Source: Utricularia gibba
Lineage: Eukaryota > Plantae > Magnoliophyta
Assembly (NCBI GenBank): GCA_002189035.1
Contig: NEEC01000354.1
Location: forward strand, 1-46,522
Length of the DNA stretch: 46,522 nucleotides
Direction: 5' to 3'
Part shown: in pieces, positions 1 to 11,600 of the stretch
How positions within the stretch are numbered: the stretch's first letter is position 1
How the letters are laid out: each line of letters opens with the position of its first letter
Notes under the pieces: model-generated
The model's input: the letters and a program-made list of their open reading frames with translations, nothing else
Databases searched by the model: none
Told to the model about the DNA's origin: nothing
Translations under genes and position numbers: made by a program

Positions 1-143
1 AAAAACTTGATGCATTAATTAACGTTGGGTTTTAATAGAACGCCTACATTGTTTTCTCAAGGAAAAGCTTGTCGTTTTTGGGCGGGTGATTTCGTTGTGA
101 ACTTCGTTCTGACCCAAGTTCGGTCTGACTCCTTTGCCAATCG

Positions 144-3100
144 GGTCCTACTCGACGAAAATCGTGATGCAGTTATTGAAGTTAGGATTTCATGAGCACC
201 CAAAATGGTTTTCTCAACCGCATGCTTTATATTTGATAGGTGCTCTCGTGGGGCAACGGTATCGAGCAGGAGGTCGAGTCGAGCTCGGGCCCATAGTCAT
301 TTGTAGCCGGCAAAAACTTGATGCATTTATTAACGTTGGGTTTAATAGGCTGCCTACATGTTTCTCAAGGAAAAGCTTGTCGTTTTTGGGCGGGTGATGT
401 CGTTGTGAACTTCGTTCTGACCCAAGGTTCGGTCTGACTCCTTTGCCACATCGGGTCCTACTCGACGAAAATCGTGATGCAGTTATTGAAGTTAGGATTC
501 ATGAGCACCCAAAATGGTTTTCTCAACCGCATGCTTTATATTTGATAAGGGCTCTCGTGGGGCAACGGTATCGAGCAGGAGGTCGAGTCGAGCTCGGGCC
601 CATAGTCATTTGTAGCCCGGCAAAAACTTGATGCATTTATTAACGTTGGTTTTAATAGGCTGCCTACATGGTTTTCTCAAGGAAAAGCTTGTCGTTTTTG
701 GGCGGGTGATGTCGTTGTGAACTTCGTTCTGACCAAGGTTCGGTCTGACTCTTTGCCACATCGGGTCCTACTCGACGAAAATCGTGATGCAGTTATTGAA
801 GTTAGGATTCATGAGCACCCAAAATGGTTTTCTCAACCGCATGCTTTATATTTGATAGGCGCTCTCGTGGGGCAACGGTATCGAGCAGGAGGTCGAGTCG
901 AGCTCGGGCCCAGAGTCATTTGTAGCCGGCAAAAATTGATGCATTTATTAACGTTGGTTTATTAGGCTGCCTACATGTTTCTCAAGGAAAAGCTTGTCGT
1001 TTCTGGCGCGGTGATGTCGTTGGGAACTTCGTTCGGACCCAAGGTTCGTCTGACTCCTTTGCCACATCGGGTCCTACTCGACGAAAATCGTGATGCAGTT
1101 ATTGAAGTTAGGATTCATGAGCACCCAAAATGGTTTTCTCAACGCATGCTTTATATTTGATAGGCGCTCTCGTGGGGCAACGGTATCGAGCAGGAGGTCG
1201 AGTCGAGCTCGGGCCCATAGTCATTTGTAGCTCGGCAAAAAACTTGATGCATTTATTAACGTTGGGTTTTAATAGGCTGCCTACATGTTTCTCAAGGAAA
1301 AGCTTGTCGTTTTTGGGCGGGTGATGTCGTTGTGAACTTCGTTCTGACCCAAGTTCGGTCTGACTCCTTTGCCACATCGGTCCTACTCGACGAAAATCGT
1401 GATGCAGTTATTGAAGTTAGGATTCATGAGCACCCAAAATGGTTTTCTCAACCGCATGCTTTATATTTGATAAGGCGCTCTCGTGGGGCAACGGTATCGA
1501 GTAGGAGGTCGAGTCGAGCTCGGGCCCATAGTCATTTGTAGCCGGCAAAAATTGATGCATTTATTAACGTTGGTTTTAATAGGCTGCCTACATGGTTTTC
1601 TCAAGGAAAAGCTTGTCGTTTTTGGGCGGGTGATGTCGTTGGAACTTCGTTCTGACCAAGGTTCGGTCTGACTCCTTTGCCACATCGGGTCCTACTCGAC
1701 GAAAATCGTGATGCAGTTATTGAAGTTAGGATTCATGAGCACCCAAAATGGTTTTCTCAACCGCATGCTTTATATTTGAGGAGGCGCTCTCGTGGGGCAA
1801 CGGTATCGAGCAGGAGGTCGAGTCGAGCTCGGGCCCAGAGTCATTTGTAGCCGGCAAAAAATTGATGCATTTATTAACGTTGGGTTTAGGCTGCCTACAT
1901 GTTTCTCAAGGAAAAGCTTGTCGTTTCTGGGCGGGTGATGTCGTTGGGAACTTCGTTCTGACCCAAGGTTCGTCTGACTCCTTTGCCACATCGGGTCCTA
2001 CTCGACGAAAATCGTGATGCAGTTATTGAAGTTAGGATTCATGAGCACCCAAAATGGTTTTCTCAACCGCATGCTTTATATTTGATAGGCGCTCTCGTGG
2101 GGCAACGGTATCGAGCAGGAGGTCGAGTCGAGCTCGGGCCCAGAGTCATTTGTAGCTCGGCAAAAAACTTGATGCATTTATTAACGTTGGTTTAATAGGC
2201 TGCCTACATGGTTTTCTCAAGGAAAAGCTTGTCGTTTTTGGGCGGGTGATGTCGTTGGAACTTCGTTCTGACCCAAGGTTCGGTCTGTCCTTTGCCAATC
2301 GGGTCCTACTCGACGAAAATCGTGATGCAGTTATTGAAGTTAGGATTTCATGAGCACCCAAAATGGTTTTCTCAACCGCATGCTTTATATTTGAGGAAGG
2401 CGCTCTCGTGGGGCAACGGTATCGAGCAGGAGGTCGAGTCGAGCTCGGGCCCATAGTCATTTGTAGCTCGGCAAAAAACTGATGCATTTATTAACGTTGG
2501 GTTTTAATAGGCTGCCTACATGTTTTCTCAAGGAAAAGCTTGTCGTTTTTGGGCGGGTGATGTCGTTGTGAACTTCGTTCTGACCCAAGGTTCGGTCTGA
2601 CTCCTTTGCCACATCGGGTCCTACTCGACGAAAATCGTGATGCAGTTATTGAAGTTAGGATTCATGAGCACCCAAAATGGTTTTCTCAACCGCATGCTTT
2701 ATATTTGATAAGGCGCTCTCGTGGGCAACGGTATCGAGCAGGAGGTCGAGTCGAGCTCGGCCCCAGAGTCATTTGTAGCCCGGCAAAAAATTTGATGCAT
2801 TTATTAACGTTATTAGGCTGCCTACATAGTTTCTCAAGGAAAAGCTTGTCGTTTCTGGCGGGTGATGTCGTTGGAACTTCGTTCTGACCCAAGGTTCGTC
2901 TGACTCCTTTGCCACATCGGGTCCTACTCGACGAAAATCGTGATGCAGTTATTGAAGTTAGGATTCATGAGCACCCAAAATGGTTTTCTCAACCGCATGC
3001 TTTATATTTGATAGGCGCTCTCGTGGGGCAACGGTATCGAGCAGGAGGTCGAGTCGAGCTCGGGCCCATAGTCATTTGTAGCTCGGCAAAAAACTTGATG

Positions 3101-5694
3101 CATTTATTAACGTTGGGTTTTAATAGGCTGCCTACATGTTTTCTCAAGGAAAAGCTTGTCGTTTTTGGGCGGGTGATGTCGTTGTGAACTTCGTTCTGAC
3201 CCAAGGTTCGGTCTGACTCCTTTGCCACATCGGGTCCTACTCGACGAAAATCGTGATGCAGTTATTGAAGTTAGGATTCATGAGCACCCAAAATGGTTTT
3301 CTCAACCGCATGCTTTATATTTGATAAGGCGCTCTCGTGGGGCAACGGTATCGAGCAGGAGGTCGAGTCGAGCTCGGGCCCATAGTCATTTGTAGCCGGC
3401 AAAAAAATTGATGCATTTATTAACGTTGGTTTTAATAGGCTGCCTACATGTTTTCTCAAGGAAAAGCTTGTCGTTTTTGGGCGGGTGATGTCGTTGGAAC
3501 TTCGTTCTGACCCAAGGTTCGGTCTGACTCCTTTGCCACATCGGGTCCTACTCGACGAAAATCGTGATGCAGTTATTGAAGTTAGGATTCATGAGCACCC
3601 AAAATGGTTTTCTCAACCGCATGCTTTATATTTGAGGAGGCGCTCTCGTGGGGCAACGGTATCGAGCAGGAGGTCGAGTCGAGCTCGGGCCCAGAGTCAT
3701 TTGTAGCCCGGCAAAAATTGATGCATTTATTAACGTTGGTTTATTAGGCTGCCTACATGTTTCTCAAGGAAAAGCTTGTCGTTTCTGGGCGGGTGATGTC
3801 GTTGGAACTTCGTTCTGACCCAAGGTTCGTCTGACTCCTTTGCCACATCGGGTCCTACTCGACGAAAATCGTGATGCAGTTATTGAAGTTAGGATTCATG
3901 AGCACCCAAAATGGTTTTCTCAACCGCATGCTTTATATTTGAGGAGGCGCTCTCGTGGGGCAACGGTATCGAGCAGGAGGTCGAGTCGAGCTCGGGCCCA
4001 TAGTCATTTGTAGCGGCAAAAAACTTGATGCATTTATTAACGTTGGTTTTTAATAGGCTGCCTACATGTTTTCTCAAGGAAAAGCTTGTCGTTTTTGGGC
4101 GGGTGATGTCGTTGGAACTTCGTTCTGACCCAAGGTTCGGTCTGACTCCTTTGCCACATCGGTCCTACTCGACGAAAATCGTGATGCAGTTATTGAAGTT
4201 AGGATTCATGAGCACCCAAAATGGTTTTCAACCGCATGCTTTATATTTGATAAGGTGCTCTCGTGGGGCAACGGTATCGAGTAGGAGGTCGAGTCGAGCT
4301 CGGGCCCATAGTCATTTGTAGCTCGGCAAAAAACTTGATGCATTTAACGTTGGTTTTAATAGGCTGCCTACATGGTTTTCTCAAGGAAAAGCTTGTCGTT
4401 TTTGGGCGGGTGATGTCGTTGTGAACTTCGTTCTGACGGTTCGGTCTGACTCCTTTTGCCACATCGGGTCCTACTCGACGAAAATCGTGATGCAGTTATT
4501 GAAGTTAGGATTCATGAGCACCAAAATGGTTTTCTCAACCGCATGCTTTATATTTGAGGAGGCGCTCTCGTGGGGCAACGGTATCGAGCAGGAGGTCGAG
4601 TCGAGCTCGGCCCAGAGTCATTTGTAGCCCAAAAAATTGATGCATTTATTAACGTTGGGTTTAGGCTGCCTACATGTTTTCTCAAGGAAAAGCTTGTCGT
4701 TTCTGGCGGGTGATGTCGTTGGAACTTCGTTCTGACCCAAGGTTCGTCTGACTCCTTTGCCACATCGGGTCCTACTCGACGAAAATCGTGATGCAGTTAT
4801 TGAAGTTAGGATTCATGAGCACCCAAAATGGTTTTCTCAACCGCATGCTTTATATTTGATAGGCGCTCTCGTGGGGCAACGGTATCGAGCAGGAGGTCGA
4901 GTCGAGCTCGGCCCATAGTCATTTGTAGCCGGCAAAAAATTGATGCATTTATTAACGTTGGTTTTAATAGGCTGCCTACATGGTTTCTCAAGGAAAAGCT
5001 TGTCGTTTTTGGGCGGGTGATGTCGTTGTGAACTTCGTTCTGACCCAAGGTTCGGTCTGACTCCTTTGCCACATCGGTCCTACTCGACGAAAATCGTGAT
5101 GCAGTTATTGAAGTTAGGATTTCATGAGCACCCAAAATGGTTTTCTCAACCGCATGCTTTATATTGAGGAGGCGCTCTCGTGGGGCAACGGTATCGAGCA
5201 GGAGGTCGAGTCGAGCTCGGGCCCATAGTCATTTGTAGCTCGGCAAAAAACTTGATGCATTTATTAACGTTGGGTTTTAATAGGCTGCCTACATGTTTTC
5301 TCAAGGAAAAGCTTGTCGTTTTTGGGCGGGTGATGTCGTTGGAACTTCGTTCTGACCCAAGGTTCGGTCTGACTCCTTTGCCACATCGGGTCCTACTCGA
5401 CGAAAATCGTGATGCAGTTATTGAAGTTAGGATCATGAGCACCCAAAATGGTTTTCTCAACCGCATGCTTTATATTTGATAAGGCGCTCTCGTGGGGCAA
5501 CGGTATCGAGCAGGAGGTCGAGTCGAGCTCGGCCCAGAGTCATTTGTAGCCCGGCAAAAAATTGATGCATTTATTAACGTTGGCTTATTAGGCTGCCTAC
5601 ATTTTCTCAAGGAAAAGCTTGTCGTTTCTGGCGGGTGATGTCGTTGGGAACTTCGTTCTGACCCAAGGTTCGGTCTGACTCCTTTGCCACATCG
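144..5694 (+). repeat. Local trimeric higher-order repeat (~925 bp, about 6 periods)
   Basis: Seen: class C monomers (CCAGAG together with TTAGG instead of TAATAGG, GTTTCTGG and mostly TTCGTCTG) start at 764, 1688, 2617, 3544, 4467 and 5389, i.e. every third monomer. Confidence 0.75.
2920..3232 (+). repeat. Representative near-consensus monomer (class A), 313 bp
   Basis: Seen: runs from GGTCC at 2920 to the base before the next GGTCC at 3233. It has single SacI (GAGCTC), ApaI (GGGCCC), HindIII (AAGCTT), SphI (GCATGC) and NsiI (ATGCAT) sites. Class A markers are CCATAG, TAGCTCGG, AAACTTG, GTTTTTGGG and GTTGTGAA. Confidence 0.95.
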
Positions 5695-8600
5695 GGTCCT
5701 ACTCGACGAAAATCGTGATGCAGTTATTGAAGTTAGGATTCATGAGCACCCAAAATGGTTTTCTCAACCGCATGCTTTATATTTGATAGGCGCTCTCGTG
5801 GGGCAACGGTATCGAGCAGGAGGTCGAGTCGAGCTCGGGCCCATAGTCATTTGTAGCTCGGCAAAAAATTGATGCATTTATTAACGTTGGGTTTTAATAG
5901 GCTGCCTACATGTTTCTCAAGGAAAAGCTTGTCGTTTTTGGGCGGGTGATGTCGTTGTGAACTTCGTTCTGACCCAAGGTTCGGTCTGACTCCTTTGCCA
6001 CATCGGTCCTACTCGACGAAAATCGTGATGCAGTTATTGAAGTTAGGATTCATGAGCACCCAAAATGGTTTTCTCAACCGCATGCTTTATATTTGATAAG
6101 GCGCTCTCGTGGGGCAACGGTATCGAGTAGGAGGTCGAGTCGAGCTCGGGCCATAGTCATTTGTAGCTCGGCAAAAAACTTGATGCATTTATTAACGTTG
6201 GTTTTAATAGGCTGCCTACATGTTTTCTCAAGGAAAAGCTTGTCGTTTTTGGGCGGTGATGTCGTTGTGAACTTCGTTCTGACCCAAGGTTCGGTCTGAC
6301 TCCTTTGCCACATCGGGTCCTACTCGACGAAAATCGTGATGCAGTTATTGAAGTTAGGATTCATGAGCACCCAAAATGGTTTTCTCAACCGCATGCTTTA
6401 TATTTGATAAGGCGCTCTCGTGGGGCAACGGTATCGAGTAGGAGGTCGAGTCGAGCTCGGCCCAGAGTCATTTGTAGCCGGAAAAAAATTGATGCATTTA
6501 TTAACGTTGGTTTTAATAGGCTGCCTACATGGTTTTCTCAAGGAAAAGCTTGTCGTTTCTGGGCGGGTGATGTCGTTGGAACTTCGTTCTGACCCAGGTT
6601 CGGTCTGACTCCTTTGCCACATCGGGTCCTACTCGACGAAAATCGTGATGCAGTTATTGAAGTTAGGATTCATGAGCACCCAAAATGGTTTTCTCAACCG
6701 CATGCTTTATATTTGATAGGCGCTCTCGTGGGGCAACGGTATCGAGCAGGAGGTCGAGTCGAGCTCGGCCCAGAGTCATTTGTAGCCCGGCAAAAAATTG
6801 ATGCATTTATTAACGTTCGGTTATTAGGCTGCCTACATGTTTCTCAAGGAAAAGCTTGTCGTTTCTGGCGGGTGATGTCGTTGGGAACTTCGTTCTGACC
6901 AAGGTTCGGTCTGACTCCTTTGCCACATCGGGTCCTACTCGAAAAAATCGTGATGCAGTTATTGAAGTTAGGATTCATGAGCACCCAAAATGGTTTTCTC
7001 AACCGCATGCTTTATATTTGATAGGCGCTCTCGTGGGGCAACGGTATCGAGCAGGAGGTCGAGTCGAGCTCGGGCCCATAGTCATTTGTAGCCGGCAAAA
7101 AAATTGATGCATTTATTAACGTTGGTTTTTAATAGGCTGCCTACATTTTTCTCAAGGAAAAGCTTGTCGTTTTTGGGCGGGTGATGTCGTTGTGAACTTC
7201 GTTCTGACCCAAGGTTCGGTCTGACTCCTTTGCCAAATCGGTCCTACTCGACGAAAATCGTGATGCAGTTATTGAAGTTAGGATTTCATGAGCACCCAAA
7301 ATGGTTTTCAACGCATGCTTTATATTTGAGGAGGCGCTCTCGTGGGGCAACGGTATCGAGCAAAGGTCGAGTCGAGCTCGCTCCCAGAGTCATTTTGTAG
7401 CCCAAAAAAATTGATGCATTTATTAACGTTGGTTTTAATAGGCTGCCTACATGGTTTCTCAAGGAAAAGCTTGTCGTTTCTGGGCGGGTGATGTCTTTTG
7501 GGAACTTCGTTCTGACCAAGGTTCGGTCTGACTCCTTTGCCACATCGGGTCCTACTCGACGAAAATCGTGATGCAGTTATTGAAGTTAGGATTCATGAGC
7601 ACCCAAAATGGTTTTCTCAACCGCATGCTTTATATTTGATAGGCGCTCTCGTGGGGCAACGGTATCGAGTAGGAGGTCGAGTCGAGCTCGGGCCCATAGT
7701 CATTTGTAGCTCGGCAAAAAACTTGATGCATTTATTAACGTTGGTTTTAATAGGCTGCCTACATGTTTTCTCAAGGAAAAGCTTGTCGTTTTTGGGCGGG
7801 TGATTGTTGTGAACTTCGTTCTGACCCAAGGTTCGGTCTGACCTTTGCCACATCGGGTCCTACTCGACGAAAATCGTGATGCAGTTATTGAAGTTAGGAT
7901 TCATGAGCACCCAAAATGGTTTTCTCAACCGCATGCTTTATATTTGATAAGGTGCTCTCGTGGGGCAACGGTATCGAGCAGGAGGTCGAGTCGAGCTCGG
8001 GCCCATAGTCATTTGTAGCTCGGCAAAAAATTGATGCATTTATTAACGTTGGTTTAATAGGCTGCCTACATGGTTTTCTCAAGGAAAAGCTTGTCGTTTT
8101 TGGGCGGGTGATGTCGTTGTGAACTTCGTTCTGACCCAAGGTTCGGTCTGTCCTTTGCCAAATCGGTCCTACTCGACGAAAATCGTGATGCAGTTATTGA
8201 AGTTAGGATTTCATGAGCACCCAAAATGGTTTTCTCAACCGCATGCTTTATATTTGAGGAGGCGCTCTCGTGGGGCAACGGTATCGAGCAGGAGGTCGAG
8301 TCGAGCTCGGGCCCAGAGTCATTTGTAGCCCGGCAAAAAAATTGATGCATTTATTAACGTTGGTTTTAGGCTGCCTACATAGTTTCTCAAGGAAAAGCTT
8401 GTCGTTTCTGGCGGGTGATGTCGTTGGGAACTTCGTTCTGACCCAAGGTTCGTCTGACTCCTTTGCCACATCGGGTCCTACTCGACGAAAATCGTGATGC
8501 AGTTATTGAAGTTAGGATTCATGAGCACCCAAAATGGTTTTCTCAACCGCATGCTTTATATTTGAAGGCGCTCTCGTGGGGCAACGGTATCGAGCAGGAG

Positions 8601-11600
8601 GTCGAGTCGAGCTCGGCCCAGAGTCATTTGTAGCCCGGCAAAAAATTGATGCATTTATTAACGTTGGTTATTAGGCTGCCTACATGTTTCTCAAGAAAAG
8701 CTTGTCGTTTCTGGGGGTGATGTCGTTGGGAACTTCGTTCTGACCCAAGGTTCGTCTGACTCCTTTGCCACATCGGGTCCTACTCGACGAAAATCGTGAT
8801 GCAGTTATTGAAGTTAGGATTCATGAGCACCCAAAATGGTTTTCTCAACCGCATGCTTTATATTTGATAGGCGCTCTCGTGGGGCAACGGTATCGAGCAG
8901 GAGGTCGAGTCGAGCTCGGGCCCATAGTCATTTGTAGCTCGGCAAAAAATTGATGCATTTATTAACGTTGGTTTTAATAGGGCCTAGTTTCTCAAGGAAA
9001 AGCTTGTCGTTTTTGGGCGGGTGATGTCGTTGGGAACTTCGTTCTGACCAAGGTTCGGTCTGACTCCTTTGCCACATCGGTCCTACTCGACGAAAATCGT
9101 GATGCAGTTATTGAAGTTAGGATTCATGAGCACCCAAAATGGTTTTCTCAACCGCATGCTTTATATTTGATCTCGTGGGGCAACGGTATCGAGCAGGAGG
9201 TCGAGTCGAGCTCGGGCCCATAGTCATTTGTAGCTCGGCAAAAATTGATGCATTTATTAACGTTGGTTTTAATAGGCTGCCTACATGTTTTCTCAAGGAA
9301 AAGCTTGTCGTTTTTGGGCGGGTGATGTCGTTGTGAACTTCGTTCTGACCAAGGTTCGGTCTGACTCCTTTGCCACATCGGGTCCTACTCGACGAAAATC
9401 GTGATGCAGTTATTGAAGTTAGGATTCATGAGCACCCAAAATGGTTTTCTCAACCGCATGCTTTATATTTGATAAGGCGCTCTCGTGGGGCAACGGTATC
9501 GAGCAGGAGGTCGAGTCGAGCTCGGCCCAGAGTCATTTGTAGCCCGGCAAAAAATTGATGCATTTATTAACGTTCATTAGGCTGCCTACATAGTTTCTCA
9601 AGGAAAAGCTTGTCGTTTCTGGCGGGTGATGTCGTTGGAACTTCGTTCGGACCCAAGGTTCGTCTGACTCCTTTGCCACATCGGGTCCTACTCGACGAAA
9701 ATCGTGATGCAGTTATTGAAGTTAGGATGTCATGAGCACCCAAAATGGTTTTCTCAACCGCATGCTTTATATTTGAGGAGGCGCTCTCGTGGGGCAACGG
9801 TATCGAGCAGGAGGTCGAGTCGAGCTCGGGCCCATAGTCATTTGTAGCTCGGCAAAAAACTTGATGCATTTATTAACGTTGGGTTTTAATAGGCTGCCTA
9901 CATGTTTTCTCAAGGAAAAGCTTGTCGTTTTTGGGCGGGTGATGTCGTTGTGAACTTCGTTCTGACCCAAGGTTCGGTCTGACTCCTTTGCCACATCGGG
10001 TCCTACTCGACGAAAATCGTGATGCAGTTATTGAAGTTAGGATTCATGAGCACCCAAAATGGTTTTCTCAACCGCATGCTTTATATTTGATAAGGCGCTC
10101 TCGTGGGGCAACGGTATCGAGCAGGAGGTCGAGTCGAGCTCGGGCCCAGAGTCATTTGTAGCAAAAAATTGATGCATTTATTAACGTTGGTTTTAATAGG
10201 CTGCCTACATGGTTTCTCAAGGAAAAGCTGTCGTTTTTGGGCGGGTGATGTCGTTGGAACTTCGTTCTGACCCAAGGTTCGGTCTGACTCCTTTGCCACA
10301 TCGGTCCTACTCGACGAAAATCGTGATGCAGTTATTGAAGTTAGGATTTCATGAGCACCCAAAATGGTTTTCTCAACCGCATGCTTTATATTTGAGGAGG
10401 CGCTCTCGTGGGGCAACGGTATCGAGCAGGAGGTCGAGTCGAGCTCGGGCCCAGAGTCATTTGTAGCCCGGCAAAAAATTGATGCATTTATTAACGTTGG
10501 CTTTAATAGGCTGCCTACATAGTTTCTCAAGGAAAAGCTTGTCGTTTTGCGGGTGATGTCGTTGGAACTTTCGTTCTGACCAAGGTTCGGTCTGACTCCT
10601 TTGCCACATCGGGTCCTACTCGACGAAAATCGTGATGCAGTTATTGAAGTTAGGATTCATGAGCACCCAAAATGGTTTTCTCAACCGCATGCTTTATATT
10701 TGAGGAGGCGCTCTCGTGGGGCAACGGTATCGAGCAGGAGGTCGAGTCGAGCTCGGGCCCATAGTCATTTGTAGCTCGGCAAAAAACTTGATGCATTTAT
10801 TAACGTTGGGTTTTAATAGGCTGCCTACATGTTTCTCAAGGAAAAGCTTGTCGTTTTGGGCGGGTGATGTCGTTGTGAACTTCGTTCTGACCAAGGTTCG
10901 GTCTGACTCCTTTGCCATCGGGTCCTACTCGACGAAAATCGTGATGCAGTTATTGAAGTTAGGATTCATGAGCACCCAAAATGGTTTTCTCAACCGCATG
11001 CTTTATATTTGATAAGGTGCTCTCGTGGGGCAACGGTATCGAGCAGGAGGTCGAGTCGAGCTCGGGCCCATAGTCATTTGTAGCTCGGCAAAAACTTGAT
11101 GCATTTATTAACGTTGGTTTTAATAGGCTGCCTACATGTTTTTCAAGGAAAAGCTTGTCGTTTTGGGCGGGTGATGTCGTTGTGAACTTCGTTCTGACCC
11201 AAGGTTCGGTCTGACTCCTTTGCCAAATCGGTCCTACTCGACGAAAATCGTGATGCAGTTATTGAAGTTAGGATTTCATGAGCACCCAAAATGGTTTTCT
11301 CAACGCATGCTTTATATTTGATAAGGCGTGGGGCAACGGTATCGAGCAGGAGGTCGAGTCGAGCTCGGCCCAGAGTCATTTGTAGCCCGGCAAAAAAATT
11401 GATGCATTTATTAACGTTGGTTTAATAGGCTGCCTACATGTTTCTCAAGGAAAAGCTTGTCGTTTTGGGCGGGTGATGTCTTTTGAACTTCGTTCTGACC
11501 AAGGTTCGGTCTGACTCCTTTGCCACATCGGGTCCTACTCGACGAAATCGTGATGCAGTTATTGAAGTTAGGATTTCATGAGCACCCAAAATGGTTTTCT

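Noticed and set aside
261-330. Promoter-, terminator- or protein-box-like motifs (TTTATAT, CAAAA pentamers, A/T tracts)
   Set aside because: There is no downstream gene, and the motifs are expected by chance in this composition. I could not show 10-bp phasing of the A-tracts by eye, and I recognised no CENP-B-box-like motif.
2920-3232. Hammerhead ribozyme, as in the newt, schistosome and cricket satellites of similar size
   Set aside because: I found no CUGANGA core on either strand (nearest are CTGACCC, CTGACTC and CTCATGA on the minus strand), and no three-stem arrangement with GAAA and a UH site. An Infernal search with Rfam hammerhead models would settle it.
2920-3232. 5S rDNA, tRNA, snRNA or spliced-leader gene repeat; partial resemblance of CCATAGTCATTTGTAGCTC and minus-strand CCATTTTGGGTGCTCATG to the dinoflagellate spliced leader
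   Set aside because: There is no recognisable 5S or tRNA sequence or Pol III box. The spliced-leader similarity needs several mismatches and gaps, has no following GT donor, and the first site is polymorphic (ATAG/AGAG), unlike a conserved leader.
3155-3232. Short resemblance to maize CentC as I recall it (TTTGGG..GGTGAT.TCG..AA.TTCGTT; TTTGCCAC; ACGGTATCGG) plus a 156-bp sub-period
   Set aside because: The matches are short, need gaps, are not collinear in spacing and rely on remembered sequence. I treat them as chance unless BLAST shows otherwise.
2920-3232. Cluster of 6-bp palindromes (BspHI, SphI, SacI, ApaI, NsiI, AclI, PciI, HindIII) and small hairpins (CGAGCTCG, TTTTC-TCAAG-GAAAA, CCCAAAA/TTTTGGG)
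   Set aside because: Eight palindromic hexamers versus about five expected in 313 bp is not a meaningful excess. The stems are 7-8 bp or shorter and are broken by common variants.
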